64,000 nucleotides of DNA from Candidatus Binatia bacterium (GTDB taxonomy: Bacteria > Desulfobacterota > Binatia > UBA9968 > CAXXLF01): positions 1,536,001 to 1,600,000 of the forward strand of contig CAXXLF010000002.1 of the NCBI GenBank assembly GCA_963664015.2, written 5' to 3'. How positions within the stretch are numbered: the first letter of the stretch is position 1; each line of letters opens with the position of its first letter. Made by a program: the position numbers and the translations under genes. The notes beneath the pieces are model-generated. The model was not told the origin of the DNA. It made no database searches and saw only the letters and a list, made by a program, of their open reading frames with translations. Of this stretch, positions 39,347 to 49,401 are shown in pieces.

Positions 39347-40858
39347 TCAGCCGAACACCAGGGACTTCACGACGACGGGAACGGCACCCCGGTTCAGCAG
39401 TTCCTGGCCAATATCAATGAAATCCAGGTCGCGCAATTCGATCTCGTCCACAATTACAATATCGGACTTTACCTCTAACTCATGCTTCAGCAGCGTTCCT
39501 AACAATCCACCGATATCCGAATCGAAGACCAGGACCCACGGGGTACCGTTACCTCTGGGCGCGAGAGCCGAGCTAATCCCTGTGGCCAAGGCAAGAGCAA
39601 GATCATAAGAAAAATCAAAGGGCCAGTGGAAAAACACTGCAATGGGATGATCAAGATTCTCCGTACCCAAATCAAGCCGCTCAATCGCCTGCCGGATCGC
39701 CCGAGCGAATCCTTCGGCGCTGAGCTGGTCCGGATCAACCTGGGGGACTACGACTTGAAAATCTCTCAGCGGCAAAACCCCGGGATCGGAGATGAAGATC
39801 GTGCTACTCGAAACCTGCACCGTGTACTGGGAGGCCCCGATCACGGTGGCACAGATCTTTTCATCCCCTTCCCCGAGGGGAACGCCCAGACTGGCTATCC
39901 GTGCCTGGATCTCCTCTGCCAGGAGCGGCCCCAGGTCACCGTAATCGCGATTATCGCAGCCGTAGATGTACTCGGCTATGCCTCCCGAGAAGGTGATCTC
40001 ATCGATCGGACCTTCAAAGGCCAAAGGATCGGTCAGCAAAAGAGCCGTCGCCAGAGGGGACAATGGTCCGCGGCGAAGGAATTCGAAGAGCAGGTCCGCC
40101 AGGCCCTGTGCCAGACGGCGTCTCTCCTCGGCGGACAGCCTCATTCCAAGTTCCGGATGGAGTCCCAAATGGTGTGCGACCCTGCGTCCCGGCTCCTCGA
40201 TACGCTGGAGGTGCCCCTGAAGGTCCCACGCAATGAGCCGGGCGCCGATATTGATCGCCGCCGTCTCAAGCACCGAACCGTCACGAACAAAAGTGGATTT
40301 ACATGTCCCACCGCCAACGTCCACGTTGAGTACGGTCCGGTGGTTGACCGATCGTGCAACAGCACCGGACCCGTGGGCCGACAGGATACCCTCCAGATGG
40401 GGCCCGGCAGTGGCACAGACAAAGTTTCCGCCCATGGCGGATAGCATGCGCGTGATCGCCTCTGAGTTCTTTTTTTTAACGGCTTCACCGGTGCAAATGA
40501 CGGCGCCGGTATCGACTTGCGATGGTCGTAGGCCCGCGTCTTGGTAGCCCTCCAGGATAAACGTCGAAAGCCGGTCGGTGTCGATAGTCTCGCTGTCCAC
40601 ATAGGGCGTCAGAAGGATAGGGGTGCGGTGCAGCACTTCGCGCCGGACCACCCGAAAACGGCTCGAGAGGTCGATGCCTTGCCGCTCTAAAAACAGCTTT
40701 GAAAGGGTGAGGTGGGTGGTGGTGGAGCCGACATCAATGCCTACGCTTTTCAGGATGAGCCACCCGGGATTGGGGGCAAAGGTCGCGGAGGGATCGATCT
40801 CTCCGCTTTCTGATGAATCCTCAGATTTCCCCGGATGGTGATGATGGTCATCGCTCAT
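39347..40858 (-). CDS. eutA: EutA-family reactivating factor (ASKHA ATPase)
   Basis: SVGIDVGSTTTH, TGAVICTGEA, FVCATAGPHLE, DVGGGT, FSGG, ATVIGA, DFIDIG, VPVVVKSLVF; His-rich N-terminus. Confidence 0.85.
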   Translation of the reverse strand: MSDDHHHHPGKSEDSSESGEIDPSATFAPNPGWLILKSVGIDVGSTTTHLTLSKLFLERQGIDLSSRFRVVRREVLHRTPILLTPYVDSETIDTDRLSTFILEGYQDAGLRPSQVDTGAVICTGEAVKKKNSEAITRMLSAMGGNFVCATAGPHLEGILSAHGSGAVARSVNHRTVLNVDVGGGTCKSTFVRDGSVLETAAINIGARLIAWDLQGHLQRIEEPGRRVAHHLGLHPELGMRLSAEERRRLAQGLADLLFEFLRRGPLSPLATALLLTDPLAFEGPIDEITFSGGIAEYIYGCDNRDYGDLGPLLAEEIQARIASLGVPLGEGDEKICATVIGASQYTVQVSSSTIFISDPGVLPLRDFQVVVPQVDPDQLSAEGFARAIRQAIERLDLGTENLDHPIAVFFHWPFDFSYDLALALATGISSALAPRGNGTPWVLVFDSDIGGLLGTLLKHELEVKSDIVIVDEIELRDLDFIDIGQELLNRGAVPVVVKSLVFG

Positions 40859-40889
40859 CGTCCGATGGTCCCTCTTCCTAGCGCCCTAT

Positions 40890-40917
40890 GAAGCCTCCAC
40901 GGGGTTACGCCCCGTGG
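40890..40917. repeat. REP-like hairpin
   Basis: GAAGCCT-CCACGGGG-TTACG-CCCCGTGG, perfect 8-bp stem between the cupin gene and eutA. Confidence 0.65.
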
Positions 40918-40927
40918 ACTCCTTCCC

Positions 40928-42031
40928 TTAAAGGTAGATCACGGGCGGCATGTTCAAGGGAATGTCTTTCTGCTTAAGCTCTTCGTTAAACTCTTTGCGC
41001 ACCTGGGGGTCTTCGTCCTCGTAATCGATGAGCGTGCCACCGTCTTTTATGCTGATGTAGCCGCTAAAGTCTTCACCGACCGTAAGTGTGTACCCGGGGA
41101 TCGCCGAGTTGCTGCCATATATGGCCAGATGGCGGGCCGGGCCTTTATTTGTATTGAGGTGCTGGTGAAACCAACCGTCGGGCGGGGTATAGATACTGCG
41201 CGGACCCCACTTGATCTTTAAGACCTTATCGCCGGCGCCCTCGGCGTAGGGTCGGACACCGACCTCCCGAGGCCACACGAGGACATAGCCTTCGCCCACA
41301 AGGCCGACCAGGATAGCGCCGGGGCCATGGTAGTGTGCCTTGTGATACCTTCCCGCCGGCCATTCGGATACATGCCCGTAGGGAAATCCGTCGGCCATCC
41401 TGTAACCAGTGAGCTGCCCGCCGGCAACCTTTTGCTCCAGACTGTCCAGGAACGCGGCGTTGGCGTCGGGGATGAAGTTGGTATACCAGATGGTTGCGAA
41501 GCGGCCCTCTTTCTGACGATCATCGGTGGGGGTAAAGTAATTCGCGTTCCCTTTGAAGTGATCCGTAAAGTTGTAATCGCAATTGAAGATGAATTCATGG
41601 GGACCCAAAGCACTCATCACCTTGGGAGCGGTGGTCACGGCGAGGAAGATTGCTGGCTCACGCGTTCCATTCAGGAGACGATGCCAGCAGTTGCGCGGCG
41701 GCGCAAAAACGCTACCCTCACCCCACTCAAAGGTTCGCTTGGGTCCTCCCTCTTGCCACACCTCCGTAACCCCACGCCCCTTCAAGATCACGATGGCCTC
41801 CTGGTAGAGGTGCCTTTCCGGGTTCAGCGCCTTGCCCCCGGGGATTTCCCCCACATAGATGCCTCGCTCGGCCTGTTGGGTCCCCATCATCTGGACGAAT
41901 GTCCCGTTGCCTCCGGTTCGCGCCCAGGGCTTCCTTGGGAGGTAGATCAGGTCGTCGGTCCCGGCAACGGTTTCATAGATAGGTATCCCTTCTTGTTCCA
42001 TCCAGGTTTGGTACGGGTATCTATCTCTCAT
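40928..42031 (-). CDS. Bicupin protein
   Basis: ERHLYQE...GRGVT; KAHYHGPG; WFHQHLN. Confidence 0.82.
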   Translation of the reverse strand: MRDRYPYQTWMEQEGIPIYETVAGTDDLIYLPRKPWARTGGNGTFVQMMGTQQAERGIYVGEIPGGKALNPERHLYQEAIVILKGRGVTEVWQEGGPKRTFEWGEGSVFAPPRNCWHRLLNGTREPAIFLAVTTAPKVMSALGPHEFIFNCDYNFTDHFKGNANYFTPTDDRQKEGRFATIWYTNFIPDANAAFLDSLEQKVAGGQLTGYRMADGFPYGHVSEWPAGRYHKAHYHGPGAILVGLVGEGYVLVWPREVGVRPYAEGAGDKVLKIKWGPRSIYTPPDGWFHQHLNTNKGPARHLAIYGSNSAIPGYTLTVGEDFSGYISIKDGGTLIDYEDEDPQVRKEFNEELKQKDIPLNMPPVIYL

Positions 42032-42096
42032 GTCTCTTTTTTGCTGCTCCAGGGTTACCTCCTTCGCGCAGGGACACTTTTCCGGTGGCCCAATAA

Positions 42097-43095
42097 CTAT
42101 TTTGGTCTATCGTCGATACCCAATGCCCGGAGCGCGTTACCACCCAGGATCTGCTCTTGCTCTTCTGATGTAACCGTATTCATGGATTTGATCTTGGAGA
42201 CGGGCTCTTTGTCTCCCATGCCCATAGGAAAGTCCGTTCCGATAACGACCCGGTCTGCACCGACCACTTGAACGAGGAACTGAAGGGCAACAACCGAGTG
42301 GACGATCGAATCATAATACATTTTCTTCAAGTAGGCGGAAGGTTTCTGTGGAGCCAGTTTCCTGAGGTCGCCTCTTAGCGTATGGGCATGGTCCAGACGC
42401 CAGATATTAAAGGGCAGGTATCCACCGCCGTGGGCCAGGCAGAGCCTGAGATTCGGGAACCTTTCAAAAATCCCCTTGAGAATCATTCGTTCGATCATCA
42501 GCGTGGTCTTGTAGGGAAAGCCCAGGACATTACCCAGGATCCCAGAGGTTAACGTCTCCGGCGGGTCCCCTCCCTCAATGGGGTGAACAAACAAAAGGAG
42601 GTCGAGCTCTTGGGCTGCGGCGTAAAAGGGCTCCAAACTCGGGTCGTCCAGGGGTTTCCCCTGGATATGGGTCCCGACTTCCAGGCCTTTCAATCCCAAC
42701 TGGTGGGCCTCTTTAGTAATGGCGATGGCCTCCGGTATGCTCTGAAGGGGAACGGTCCCGAATCCGACGAATCGGTCGGGACGGGACTCGACGGCCTGCT
42801 GGATCGCCTCGTTCTGGAGACGGGAGAAGTAGGCTGCGGGATCGGCCAGGTCCCAATAGAACAACAGGATGGGAGATGGCGAGATGGCCTGGAAATCGAT
42901 TTGCATTTTGTCCAGCTCGCGGACCCGCGCCTCGACGTTGTAGGCCCCCTCACCCAGGTTGCCACGGCTTCCACCGGGACAGGACACCGAATACTGGCCG
43001 TCGGTCAGCGTAATTTCCGGGGCGTGCTGGCGGAATTGCTGCGCCTTCTGAAACGCTTCCAGGGCGAAAAAATGCGAGTGGAGATCGACATTCAT
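42097..43095 (-). CDS. Amidohydrolase, ACMSD/aromatic decarboxylase-like
   Basis: VDLHSH, LFVHP, LAHGGG, GTDFP. Confidence 0.88.
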   Translation of the reverse strand: MNVDLHSHFFALEAFQKAQQFRQHAPEITLTDGQYSVSCPGGSRGNLGEGAYNVEARVRELDKMQIDFQAISPSPILLFYWDLADPAAYFSRLQNEAIQQAVESRPDRFVGFGTVPLQSIPEAIAITKEAHQLGLKGLEVGTHIQGKPLDDPSLEPFYAAAQELDLLLFVHPIEGGDPPETLTSGILGNVLGFPYKTTLMIERMILKGIFERFPNLRLCLAHGGGYLPFNIWRLDHAHTLRGDLRKLAPQKPSAYLKKMYYDSIVHSVVALQFLVQVVGADRVVIGTDFPMGMGDKEPVSKIKSMNTVTSEEQEQILGGNALRALGIDDRPK

Positions 43096-43118
43096 GTTTT
43101 TCATCCTTTGGGGAGTCA

Positions 43119-44162
43119 CTATGGCTGAAAGAGAGTAAAGATTTTGTCGGAATTAAAAATGTATGTTTCGGCGTAGGCAACGACTTCGGCTTTTCTATCG
43201 GCCATGGCCCCCGCCAGGCATAGCCAATTCAAAAACTCGTGCTGTCCGGCGTCGGTCAAAGTGTCGGGGGCCAGGTTGCGCCATTCACTATGTCGTCCGC
43301 TCTCAAGTTCCTTCAACCTTTTGCGGTCGGATACAACATCAGGATAGAGACCGTGGTGTTTCCGGGTCAGAAAGGCGTGGGACCAGGATGAAGACCCAAT
43401 GACAACCGCCCGCCACCGGCTCTCTTGCAGGATACGACCGACCTCGACCCCAAGGTCGAAGCAACGCTGGGGAGTGGGGGCCGGCGGGGCTAGCTCCCCA
43501 TCGGCAAAATTAGTGATTGCCCGTTTCGCGATGAGGTCACTCCCGTAACAATTGACGTGAAAAGGAATGATGGGGTAGGCAAAACCGCGCTGATCGTAGT
43601 CCAGGTAAACCAGGGTACGCATAAAGGCGTGGGCCAAACCGGGGTGGTGGTGGGGTTTATAGGAGTAACAGACATCGAAGTTGTTTAGAGTGAGTTCACG
43701 GGCCAGATGGTGAGCTGCTTCACGGTGGCCGCGAACAGAGACGGCCTTGTCCTCCGGTTGCCCCCATACATTGACGGGGGAGTTGATAACGGCACTACTC
43801 TTATAAGGGAAGCATTCAAGCTGATCGTAAATGTAGACACAAAAGGGTGGAACGATATCTTCCTTAAAGTTCTCGTACTGGTCATCGCCCCAGATGAGAA
43901 CCACATCCGGATTGAATGCGTCAATTTCCGCGCGTAAACGGCGAAATCCGTTGATGGCGATTTCCCGGTGTTTCCGGGCCGAATTGAGGCCTTCGTCGTC
44001 TCCCCACTCTGCCTGCATGGGCTCAGGCCACTGGTGTACCTCTCTCATATTTTCTGGCAGCCGTGGGCTCTTCATGAACCGGCGCAGAATGTCGGACATA
44101 TTTTCATCCGGGAACTGAAACATCGGCGCGTGGGACAGGCCCATTCCAAGCAAATCTGCCAT
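43119..44162 (-). CDS. Class III extradiol ring-cleavage dioxygenase (LigB-like)
   Basis: GLSHAP, GDDQYENF, LAHAF, SSSWSH, GQHEFLNW. Confidence 0.8.
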   Translation of the reverse strand: MADLLGMGLSHAPMFQFPDENMSDILRRFMKSPRLPENMREVHQWPEPMQAEWGDDEGLNSARKHREIAINGFRRLRAEIDAFNPDVVLIWGDDQYENFKEDIVPPFCVYIYDQLECFPYKSSAVINSPVNVWGQPEDKAVSVRGHREAAHHLARELTLNNFDVCYSYKPHHHPGLAHAFMRTLVYLDYDQRGFAYPIIPFHVNCYGSDLIAKRAITNFADGELAPPAPTPQRCFDLGVEVGRILQESRWRAVVIGSSSWSHAFLTRKHHGLYPDVVSDRKRLKELESGRHSEWRNLAPDTLTDAGQHEFLNWLCLAGAMADRKAEVVAYAETYIFNSDKIFTLFQP

Positions 44163-44178
44163 TAAGAGTCTCCCTACC

Positions 44179-45327
44179 TTAATCCAATACGGGTTTGGTC
44201 GAATCGAACTCGATGATCCGGTTCTTTTCCGGATCTCGCACCAGTGCCATGGGCTCGCCGCCGTTCTGCACGATCTCGATTTGTTCGCGCAGCATCTTGC
44301 GATACATGATGATCCCTTCATCCGTCGACCCGAGGTTTTCCTCGCTCCGATCGTAAAGGGCTCCTTGCGTCTCCCAGGCCATCTTGTCCTGACTGGAAAA
44401 GGAAGTCATCTGGTGCTCGCCCTCTGGCGTCATCAAGGAGTCCATGGGAAGAAATTTTGGCTCTTCGGGCACGTTGGTGGATTGGGGCCTCTCCTTGGGA
44501 TTGAAGGCCATGACCGTGATCTGAGTGTGGGTGTCGTCGATGGGGACACGCCAGTGCACAGCTTCGATATAACTCTGGGGGATCCGAAGGATGTTGGGAA
44601 AGACCAGGGGGGGGCGGTGCTCTTCCTCCGGCCGATCCCCTCCGTAAACACAACGCTTGGTCACCCCCCATTCGCTGACACCCCAGCCATAGTCCTCTAC
44701 GGGCCGGTGGTAGAAGTCCCCCAGCTTATTTCCCAATTGCTGCATGACTTCACCGTGGAGGTAATAGGTATGGATGATATCGACCGAGTTCTCCATGGCC
44801 TGGAGCCAGTTGCACTTGAGCACCGGGTGGACCTCGAGGGTCCGCGTCCCATCGGTCCTGACGAGCACATCCCAACGGGGTAAAAGGGGCTTTTTCTCCG
44901 GCGGACCCATATAGATGAACAGAATGCCGGTCAGCCTTTCAACCGGGTAGCTCCGAAGGGTGACCTTGTCCTTGAACTCGGGGTTTCTTTCGAAAGGTTG
45001 TTCCAAACACTTCCCCTCGGCATCGTACTTCCATCCGTGGTAGGCGCAGCGAATACCGTCGGGTTCCGCAAAACCGTAATACAGAGACGTCCCCCGGTGA
45101 GGGCAATGCTCTGCAACGCAGCCGTAACGGATCTCTTTGTCACCTGGTTTTGAAGGCAGGCGGAAGACGACCAGTTCTTCACCCATGATCTGGACGCGTT
45201 TTTTAGGCGCCGCTTCCGTGAGCTCGCTGGCCAGGCAGACCGGCTGCCAGTAACGGCGCAATAGGTTCCCAGCTGGTGTACCGGGACCTACACAAGTGAG
45301 TAGCTCATTGACCTCGGGCGTTAGCAT
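44179..45327 (-). CDS. Rieske non-heme iron oxygenase alpha subunit (phthalate/vanillate type)
   Basis: CPHRG...CAYHGW; NWLQAMENSVDIIHTYYLH; QD. Confidence 0.9.
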   Translation of the reverse strand: MLTPEVNELLTCVGPGTPAGNLLRRYWQPVCLASELTEAAPKKRVQIMGEELVVFRLPSKPGDKEIRYGCVAEHCPHRGTSLYYGFAEPDGIRCAYHGWKYDAEGKCLEQPFERNPEFKDKVTLRSYPVERLTGILFIYMGPPEKKPLLPRWDVLVRTDGTRTLEVHPVLKCNWLQAMENSVDIIHTYYLHGEVMQQLGNKLGDFYHRPVEDYGWGVSEWGVTKRCVYGGDRPEEEHRPPLVFPNILRIPQSYIEAVHWRVPIDDTHTQITVMAFNPKERPQSTNVPEEPKFLPMDSLMTPEGEHQMTSFSSQDKMAWETQGALYDRSEENLGSTDEGIIMYRKMLREQIEIVQNGGEPMALVRDPEKNRIIEFDSTKPVLD

Positions 45328-45406
45328 GACACCAACCTCCTTATCTTAGAATCTTCGATTCTAAAAGTTCTTCCTATTGACCTTACCCTAGCCCGTATTC
45401 TAAACG

Positions 45407-46540
45407 TTATTTCCTTTTTCGAGCCGCTTTACCCGTATCAGCCCTCGCTTTGGCGACGATTCTCTTAAGGCCGCTCACGTCCTTGTATTCGTACAGGTTG
45501 GAAATCATATACTTGCCCCCCGATTTGGCGACCATAAACTGGTCGGTGATCATACCCTTGGGGATATCCATGCGCATGGAGTTGCGATCCGCATTCTTCT
45601 GCCACGAAAGTTGCCCCTCCTTGGAAATCATCCAGTTTGCGAAAACTGCGGCTGCATTGGGATTAGGGGCGCGGTTCACCACCGCGAGCTGACCCCACCC
45701 CCCCGACAGGTACGCCTCTGAGGTAGGTGCACGGTAGATGGCAACGGGCAAGCCCTGTTTCATGGCAGTCGCCACCTCGGTACCCCTGGCCGCAACGTAG
45801 AGCTCGTACCTTCCCGAGGCGACCCAGTCGATCATCTGCACGATGCCTCTCGCTATCGTGATGCCCGTCTCGCTAAACAATCGCTGGATGAACTTTGGCC
45901 CCATTTCCTTGTTGTAGTAGAGGCCCTTCCAGTTGGCCAGCCTGCCACGCGCCGTCGGATCGTCGGTCACCATCTTGCCGTGCCATTTGGGATCGAGAAG
46001 ATCTTTGTAGGTCTTGAGCTCTCCTGGCTTGTGCCTCTTGGTGTTGTAGAGTGCGATGGTGGACGTGACGGTCCCTTCCATAAGGAAGAGGGACTTATTG
46101 GGAACTCCGTAATGATGTTGCTTCCGGAACCAGGCCGACTGGTCCGTGGCTTCCGGTAAGATCAAACGGGGTGGGAGAGGGTCAAAGAAACCTTTTTCCG
46201 CCAGGATGCCGCCGGTTCCCCCACCTCCCACATAAATATCCGCGATAAATTTTCCAGCCCGGCGTTCGGCGCCGAGCCGGTTCCCGTGTTGGCTTCCCGA
46301 ACCGGGGACATAAACCATATTGATTTTAGGATAGACGCTTTTAAACGCCTCAATGGCGTTGATGTACTGGATTCCCGGAGGTCCATAGAGCCGGAAGCTC
46401 CCCTCTTCTCGTGCCGCGGCCAGGGTTTTTTCCCAATCGGCCTTCCAGTCCGCTTGTGCCGGCTTATAAAACGACAGCAGCAGAAAACTTAGAACCATGC
46501 AGAATATAAGCAAAAACCTTAGTCGAATAATCATCTTCAT
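45407..46540 (-). CDS. Extracellular solute-binding protein
   Basis: Signal peptide (AQA-D); AAREEG; DLLDPKWHGK; APNPNAAAVFANWMISKEGQ. Confidence 0.88.
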   Translation of the reverse strand: MKMIIRLRFLLIFCMVLSFLLLSFYKPAQADWKADWEKTLAAAREEGSFRLYGPPGIQYINAIEAFKSVYPKINMVYVPGSGSQHGNRLGAERRAGKFIADIYVGGGGTGGILAEKGFFDPLPPRLILPEATDQSAWFRKQHHYGVPNKSLFLMEGTVTSTIALYNTKRHKPGELKTYKDLLDPKWHGKMVTDDPTARGRLANWKGLYYNKEMGPKFIQRLFSETGITIARGIVQMIDWVASGRYELYVAARGTEVATAMKQGLPVAIYRAPTSEAYLSGGWGQLAVVNRAPNPNAAAVFANWMISKEGQLSWQKNADRNSMRMDIPKGMITDQFMVAKSGGKYMISNLYEYKDVSGLKRIVAKARADTGKAARKRK

Positions 46541-46929
46541 TACCCCCTCAATTAGTAGTACTATCGAGAACCCGTGCAGTCTATGGAGAACCGACGTCAC
46601 TGTCAAATCCCAATATACTAATCATGACCATCGGTTTAGCGATCGTAGCTCCCATGATCGGTTTCCGGGTTGGATTGTCCAGGTCGTCCATGTAGCAGAA
46701 CGTGCCAATACTTTCAGCCAGTCATCAAACTCTCAGGTTTTTTCATTGGGACTATTTGTCATAGTTGACCACTTCCATGGGTAACCGGTGCCAGGCAAAA
46801 TCCGCATCCTCCTGGTCACCCGAGTCGTGTCCTGAAGGATCGATTTGTTGCCCCCATAGTCTACCATTGCTCAAGTGGGAATTGACACTGTGGTGCGTCC
46901 TGGTCTAAAGAGGCAAGGATAGGAGGTAA

Positions 46930-48693
46930 ATGACCGTGGAGGGACAAGCGACCCATTGGGATATGGAGGCGGACGTCGTTGTGATCGGCGCAGGGGCCAC
47001 CGGTTTGCCGGCATCCATCGCTGCACGGGATAACGGAGCGTCAGTGCTCGTGGTTAACGCTAATTACGACATTGGGGGCCACGCCATCCTGAGCGGCGGC
47101 AATACGGCGCTGGGGGGCGGCACCATTTTGCAGAGAAAATACGGTATTGAAGATTCACCGGACCTGGTATTCTCTGATCTGACCGACTGGTCCGTCGTGG
47201 AACCCAACGGCTCACCCAATTATCGATATAACGACAGGGCCGTCATTCGCGCCTATACCGATCACGCGGTCGAGACTTTCGAATTCCTGGTAGCCAACGG
47301 GGTAGAGTTTGCGGACAAGGCCCCGGACAACTCGGGTGCTCATTGCACCGGCAATTCGGCTCCCAGAGAAAATCATACGGATTGGACTGAAGGGGTAGGT
47401 CTGGCCAGTCCCGGCGCCAAAAAAGGGACTGGTCTCATCCGACCCCTCGAGGCAAGCGCTCGGGCCAAAGGCGTGAAGCTCCTCCTCAATCATAAAATGA
47501 CGGGCCTTTTCAGGGAAACCACGTCGGGCATGGGGGCGGGAAGGGTAACGGGGATTACCGCCCAGTACACCCCTAGATTACTCCCAGGAGCGACTACACC
47601 GCTCGGAAGCTATCGTTCCGAAGGAAACATCGAGAGTACCAAGCCAAGCATCAGTATCCACGCGGCCAAGGCCGTTATCGTCGCCACCGGGGGAAGCACG
47701 GGCAACGTCAACTTCCGCCGCATGTTCGACCCCAGGTTGACCGAGGTCTACCAGGTCGCCGGCGAGCCCTATTCGTTCCAGGACGCGAGTGGCGAGATTG
47801 CCGCCATGGCCATCGGCGCGTCGCTCTGGGGACTGGGTAATCAAGCTCTCGAAAACGGCGATCATATGAGGACCCAGAAGGCGATTGGGTGCCAGTACAA
47901 TTATTTCACCTGGGCACTGGCCAGCCCTATTTTCCCCCTGGTTCGTGCTACCGGGCTGAACGTCAAAGATTGGCAAAATCTCATCATGGTCAACCAGGCG
48001 GGGCAGCGATTCTACGATGAGACCCAGGGAGATTACCCGGCGGGGAACAAATTTAACGATCTCAGCCCTTATACGCCGCGCAGCCACCGCAATCCGGGAC
48101 AGATCCAATACGAATGGAGCCGGTACAACTTCCTCAATGCCGCCACAGCGATGAATGCGGCTTCGGTTCCTCCGGACTATCCGGCCGGGCCCGTCTGGGC
48201 CATTTTCGACGCGGAGGCCGTAAAACGTGAGAAATGGAAAACCACCCCACCTCACGTGGATCCAGACGGTTATTTCTTCAGCGCACAAACTCTCGCGGAC
48301 CTTGCTGCCGCTATCCGAACCCCATTTCAGGACGCTCCGATGAACGCCGCGACGTTGCAAGCCATGGTCACGCGATACAATTCCTTTGTCGATTCCGGAA
48401 CCGACTCGGACTTTGACAAGCCCTCACCACAATTCAAGATCCAAACGCCGCCGTTCTACGCGGCCTGGGCTACGCCGTTGCTCCACGACACACGGTCCGG
48501 TCTAAGAATCAACGGCAAGGGCCAGGTGATGGACATGAACGGCCAGGTCATACCCGGCCTCTACCGTGGCGGTGAGTCCGCCGGTGGATTCAATCAACAT
48601 GGTCTGGGCCGATGCTCCTGCCAGGGTTACATCGCCGGTCAAAACGCCTCTGGAGAAACTCTTGGGAAAAATGAACTCACAAGGGAGAAATGA
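46930..48693 (+). CDS. FAD-dependent oxidoreductase (FAD_binding_2)
   Basis: IGAGATG, SGG, ATGG, HDTRSGLRIN, IPGLY; AGGAGG RBS. Confidence 0.88.
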   Translation: MTVEGQATHWDMEADVVVIGAGATGLPASIAARDNGASVLVVNANYDIGGHAILSGGNTALGGGTILQRKYGIEDSPDLVFSDLTDWSVVEPNGSPNYRYNDRAVIRAYTDHAVETFEFLVANGVEFADKAPDNSGAHCTGNSAPRENHTDWTEGVGLASPGAKKGTGLIRPLEASARAKGVKLLLNHKMTGLFRETTSGMGAGRVTGITAQYTPRLLPGATTPLGSYRSEGNIESTKPSISIHAAKAVIVATGGSTGNVNFRRMFDPRLTEVYQVAGEPYSFQDASGEIAAMAIGASLWGLGNQALENGDHMRTQKAIGCQYNYFTWALASPIFPLVRATGLNVKDWQNLIMVNQAGQRFYDETQGDYPAGNKFNDLSPYTPRSHRNPGQIQYEWSRYNFLNAATAMNAASVPPDYPAGPVWAIFDAEAVKREKWKTTPPHVDPDGYFFSAQTLADLAAAIRTPFQDAPMNAATLQAMVTRYNSFVDSGTDSDFDKPSPQFKIQTPPFYAAWATPLLHDTRSGLRINGKGQVMDMNGQVIPGLYRGGESAGGFNQHGLGRCSCQGYIAGQNASGETLGKNELTREK

Positions 48694-48696
48694 TTG

Positions 48697-49176
48697 ATGG
48701 AAGCCGGATGGGTTACCGTTGTTGAAGTCCTGCTGCGCATCGCCCTGGGGCTTCGTTTTCTTTACAGTGGGGTGGACAACGTCCGGCGTTGGCCGAGCGC
48801 CATTGGCGCCGCACGGTCCGTGTTTTCAAAAGGGGCGACGCTCCTTGCCTTCATCGCCGTGGCTTTCCTTGTCCTGGGAGCCACCGGGTTGACCCTGGGT
48901 TTTCAGACTCGAATCGCCGCGCTGATGATCGCCCTATTTCTCATTCCAACCTTTGTCGTGCAGTACAATTTTCTAAAGACCTATCCCCAATTGCTAAAAA
49001 AGCTCTTGAGCTCCATACCGGAGGACGGTCCTATGGCCGAGGCCCAGCGACTGGGGCGCCACGCCGTGCACACGTCGGAGGTGGGTTGGCAGACCAACGT
49101 GATTTTTCTCCTGTTGTCCGTTTACTTCATCCTGCGCGGTTCCGTTGCCTTCGGCCTCGACAATCTCCTGGGATGA
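48697..49176 (+). CDS. DoxX-family membrane protein
   Basis: LLRIALGLRFLYSG...GFQTRIAA...G.FGLD; directly follows the flavoprotein gene. Confidence 0.75.
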   Translation: MEAGWVTVVEVLLRIALGLRFLYSGVDNVRRWPSAIGAARSVFSKGATLLAFIAVAFLVLGATGLTLGFQTRIAALMIALFLIPTFVVQYNFLKTYPQLLKKLLSSIPEDGPMAEAQRLGRHAVHTSEVGWQTNVIFLLLSVYFILRGSVAFGLDNLLG

Positions 49177-49318
49177 AGCCTCCACGGACTTACGCCCATG
49201 GTATCCTTCCTTCTGCGGAATCTGCCGACGCACCAGCCTTCGCCAAGGCTACGGCTGGTCCGTCCATCGCATCCGTCAATCGGCTTATGGCTATGGTCTT
49301 ATGCGAAGGCGGATAAAT
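49175..49318. repeat. Long REP/MITE-like element
   Basis: GAAGCCTCCACGGACTTACGCCCATGG...CCAGCCTTCGCCAAGGCTACGGCTGG...GCGAAGGCGGATAAA. Confidence 0.6.
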
Positions 49319-49401
49319 TCGACCCACCGTGACTCCAGAATCATCTTACCCCACGGCCTCGAGTCAATCGCGGCTTGCTTGTCCTGTTTCGGCTATTCGT
49401 C

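Noticed and set aside
46560-46860. Possible small ORF or gene remnant between the SBP and flavoprotein genes
   Set aside because: No frame gave a recognisable motif or RBS.
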